A DNA stretch of 64,000 nt from Camelus dromedarius. Taxonomy: Eukaryota. The notes beneath the pieces are model-generated. The model ran no database searches. It saw only the letters and a list, made by a program, of their open reading frames with translations, and was not told the DNA's origin. Position 1 is the first letter of the stretch, and every line of letters starts with the position of its first letter. Of this stretch, positions 61,629 through 64,000 are shown one piece after another. The translations under genes were made by a program, and so were the position numbers. The DNA is taken from NCBI RefSeq assembly GCF_036321535.1, contig NC_087438.1, forward strand, positions 808,001-872,000, in the 5' to 3' direction.

Positions 61629-64000
61629 TGCCGTGTGTTTGAAATTTCCTGCGGTAAGGACTGTGAAAGTGACAGTGCTCGTTCTGGGTATAAAACAGTC
61701 ACCAGTTCACAGTGAACTCACCAGGCCCACTGGGCACCTGCAGTGACAGTGCCGGCTCGGACCCGCCCACCGTCACTCCTTCCCTGCCCCGGCCCCCAAG
61801 GAGCTGGCATCGCCCACGTGCAAGCCGGTCCACGTGCCTTGTGTTTCACGGCCGACTGGGAACCCCCAGGGCGCTGCTTCAGAGACAACATCTCTGGAGT
61901 GTGTGTCGCCCCGGTCTCCACCCACGCGGTGGCTGTGCCAGGCTGGGCCACCTCGCCCTCCCCAGAGCGACGCCAGATGGAGGGACCTCGGCCAGCCATG
62001 CTGGGTGCTGACTCAGCACGTGCGGCCAGCACGGCACAGGGGAGGTGCCAGCCGCCGTGTGACGGCAGCCGGGAACCCACTGAGCCATCAGCGCCATGCT
62101 GGTGGACACAGGGGACACTCCGCTGGAGGCGTGTTCCAGCGCCAGCGCTTCAGTCACGGGAAATGGCCACCACTGCTCCAAAGGAACGGGAGGGGCGCCC
62201 ACAGACAGACGGGTGGGAGCTCCCTCCCTCCTTCGTGCGGGAAGAGTCAGCGCACGTGGGGCCTGCCGCACACACGGACGGAGCCCGCGCTGAGGCCACA
62301 GCCTTGGCCGCTACCTCGTTCTCAGAGCTTCTGACAACCACGCGGATGGAAGCAGAAAGGGGCTTTGCTCAGTCGGCCCACGGTCACCACTAACCAGCCT
62401 CGGCTGGAGGGGAGGCTGGTGAGCCCATAAGGCAGGGTGGACGTCGGCTGCGCTGGCCCCGCAGTCCCGTGGCTGAGAGCGCAGCAGCCCTGCCCGCAAG
62501 GAGGCCGAGCACAGGCGCTTGGGGTTCCAGGGGCAGCTGCAGCTCAGGCTGGGCCTCCTGGGCCCGCCCCTCCTGCAGGGCTCCATGAGGGCCAAGCCAC
62601 ATCCCCCGCCCTGCGGGAGGGAATCGCCCCAAGCCTGTGCGGTCACCGGGGTAGCCGGCAGGCCCCGCCATCAGGGAGCTGCACACACTGTCGCAGCACC
62701 CGGGGAGGCTGCTGAGCTCAGCGTTGCTGGTGGCAGCAGAGCTGGGTGCCACCCAGGGATGCCACCAGGGGACAGGTGCGCTGGAGGTCACCTGCGTGAC
62801 AGACCCAGGGGCCAGCCAGGGGAGGAGCTGCAAGTTACATGAGGCACAGAGAACACAGCCCGAGATGACAGTCAGCACAAAAGATAAGACACAAAACAGG
62901 ACTGACATCACCCATGTCTCCAAGCCACTTAGACTGCAACCTGAGCCAAGCGTCCCTCCGGGATGGCAGCGCGGGGTGAGCACGCGGAACGTGGACTCTC
63001 GCGGGTGTGGGGGTGCAGATGGGGCCTGGAGTGAAGGGGGTGCTGCCAGCCCAGGGAGCACGGGGGCAGCGCAGGCACCGTGTGCCGGGCTGCGCTGAGC
63101 GGGTGCTGGCAGGGCCCAGCTGCAGGGGAGCCAGAGATGATGGCGCTGATGGAGGCGGGGAGCAGGGTGTAGGCCACGCCCCAGATTGGAAACCCCCACA
63201 GTAAAGGGGCTGGGTCGCAGGAACCGAGGCCCGACCCCAGGGTCAGCCCCTAATCAGAGCAAAGCCTAGGCCGTAGGCGCGGCCAGCAGGAGACGGGCTG
63301 GCGCGGGGGGCTGGGGGACGGGTCCGAGCCCCCTTCCCTCTGTGAGCGCCCGCTCATGCGCGGGCATGGGCCTGGCGGGATGATGCCCCCTCCGTGCGCC
63401 CAGCCTGCCCAGGGCTCCAGACGCACCAGCGGGATGACTGGCAACCCGCCCTCCCGGACCAAACCAGCCCTGAGCTGACCCCGCTCGCCCGCCCCTTGGA
63501 CACACACTTGGGAGCCACCTCAGTCTCTCACCAACTCCTATTGGCTCCACCTCCAAAACACCCAGAACCTGTGACCCCTCCCCTCCGAGGTGCAGCATGG
63601 GGACTCCGCGGCCCCTGGGGCTCAGCGTTCTGTGTGGCTGTGGGGTCACCCCTACCCCCACTTCCCCGCCAGCCTCCCTCCTCTCACTGTGCCTGCACCT
63701 CCCCAGGGACAGTCCTTCCCCAAATTGCTACAGGGCGGGTTCCAGAACCTTCCCTCACCTTGGCCACAGAAAAGCTGCACTGACGGGTACACCGGCCCTC
63801 ACTCTCTGCAGACCCCGGGGGAGCCCTCCCGAGACGGGTCAGCTGGTGCCTGGGTCAGGGGAACAGGGCTCATCTCTGGACCCAAGCACGGGTAGGGTCA
63901 GACATCAAGGGAGCAGGACTCTGGGGCTGGTCTTGTGCGTCCCTGGGACACTGCTCTGGTCACCTCCAAGCGGTCCCACAAGGAGCAGAATAGGGACAAG

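Noticed and set aside
56555..64000. LPCAT1 exon 1 or an alternative first exon feeding the in-frame Met at 56545
   Set aside because: No sequence encoding the RNPFVHEL-type N-terminus, no clear CpG-island promoter and no supportable exon boundary were found.

Overview
This is GC-rich mammalian (eutherian) genomic DNA holding two spliced genes in tandem on the minus strand. The left part contains the 5' half of the dopamine transporter gene SLC6A3/DAT: CpG-island promoter, non-coding exon 1 and coding exons 2-5, with the rest off the left edge. The right part contains LPCAT1 exons 2-14 with its 3' UTR and poly(A) signal; exon 1 is off the right edge. All 17 coding exons were placed by hand and join in frame. 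Introns and the ~10 kb intergenic gap hold old LINE-1, LINE-2, MaLR (MLT1) LTR and MER33-like relics plus several mini- and microsatellites. I recognised no young lineage-specific SINE, so the species is unassigned, though the DAT protein looks artiodactyl-like. Almost all tracked ORFs are GC-content or repeat artefacts. There is no prokaryote-type system (CRISPR, operon) and I cannot claim a wholly new gene system. The most interesting signals are five: (1) a minisatellite built from copies of the LPCAT1 exon-3 splice donor; (2) an in-frame, strong-context upstream AUG predicting an 11-aa N-terminally extended DAT; (3) loss of the DAT zinc ligand His193 in a shortened extracellular loop 2; (4) a GC-AG intron in LPCAT1 with a competing out-of-frame GT donor; (5) a ~1.1 kb variant-repeat minisatellite with higher-order structure. 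Comparisons to human, rodent and bovine sequences and to repeat consensi are from memory and need database confirmation.
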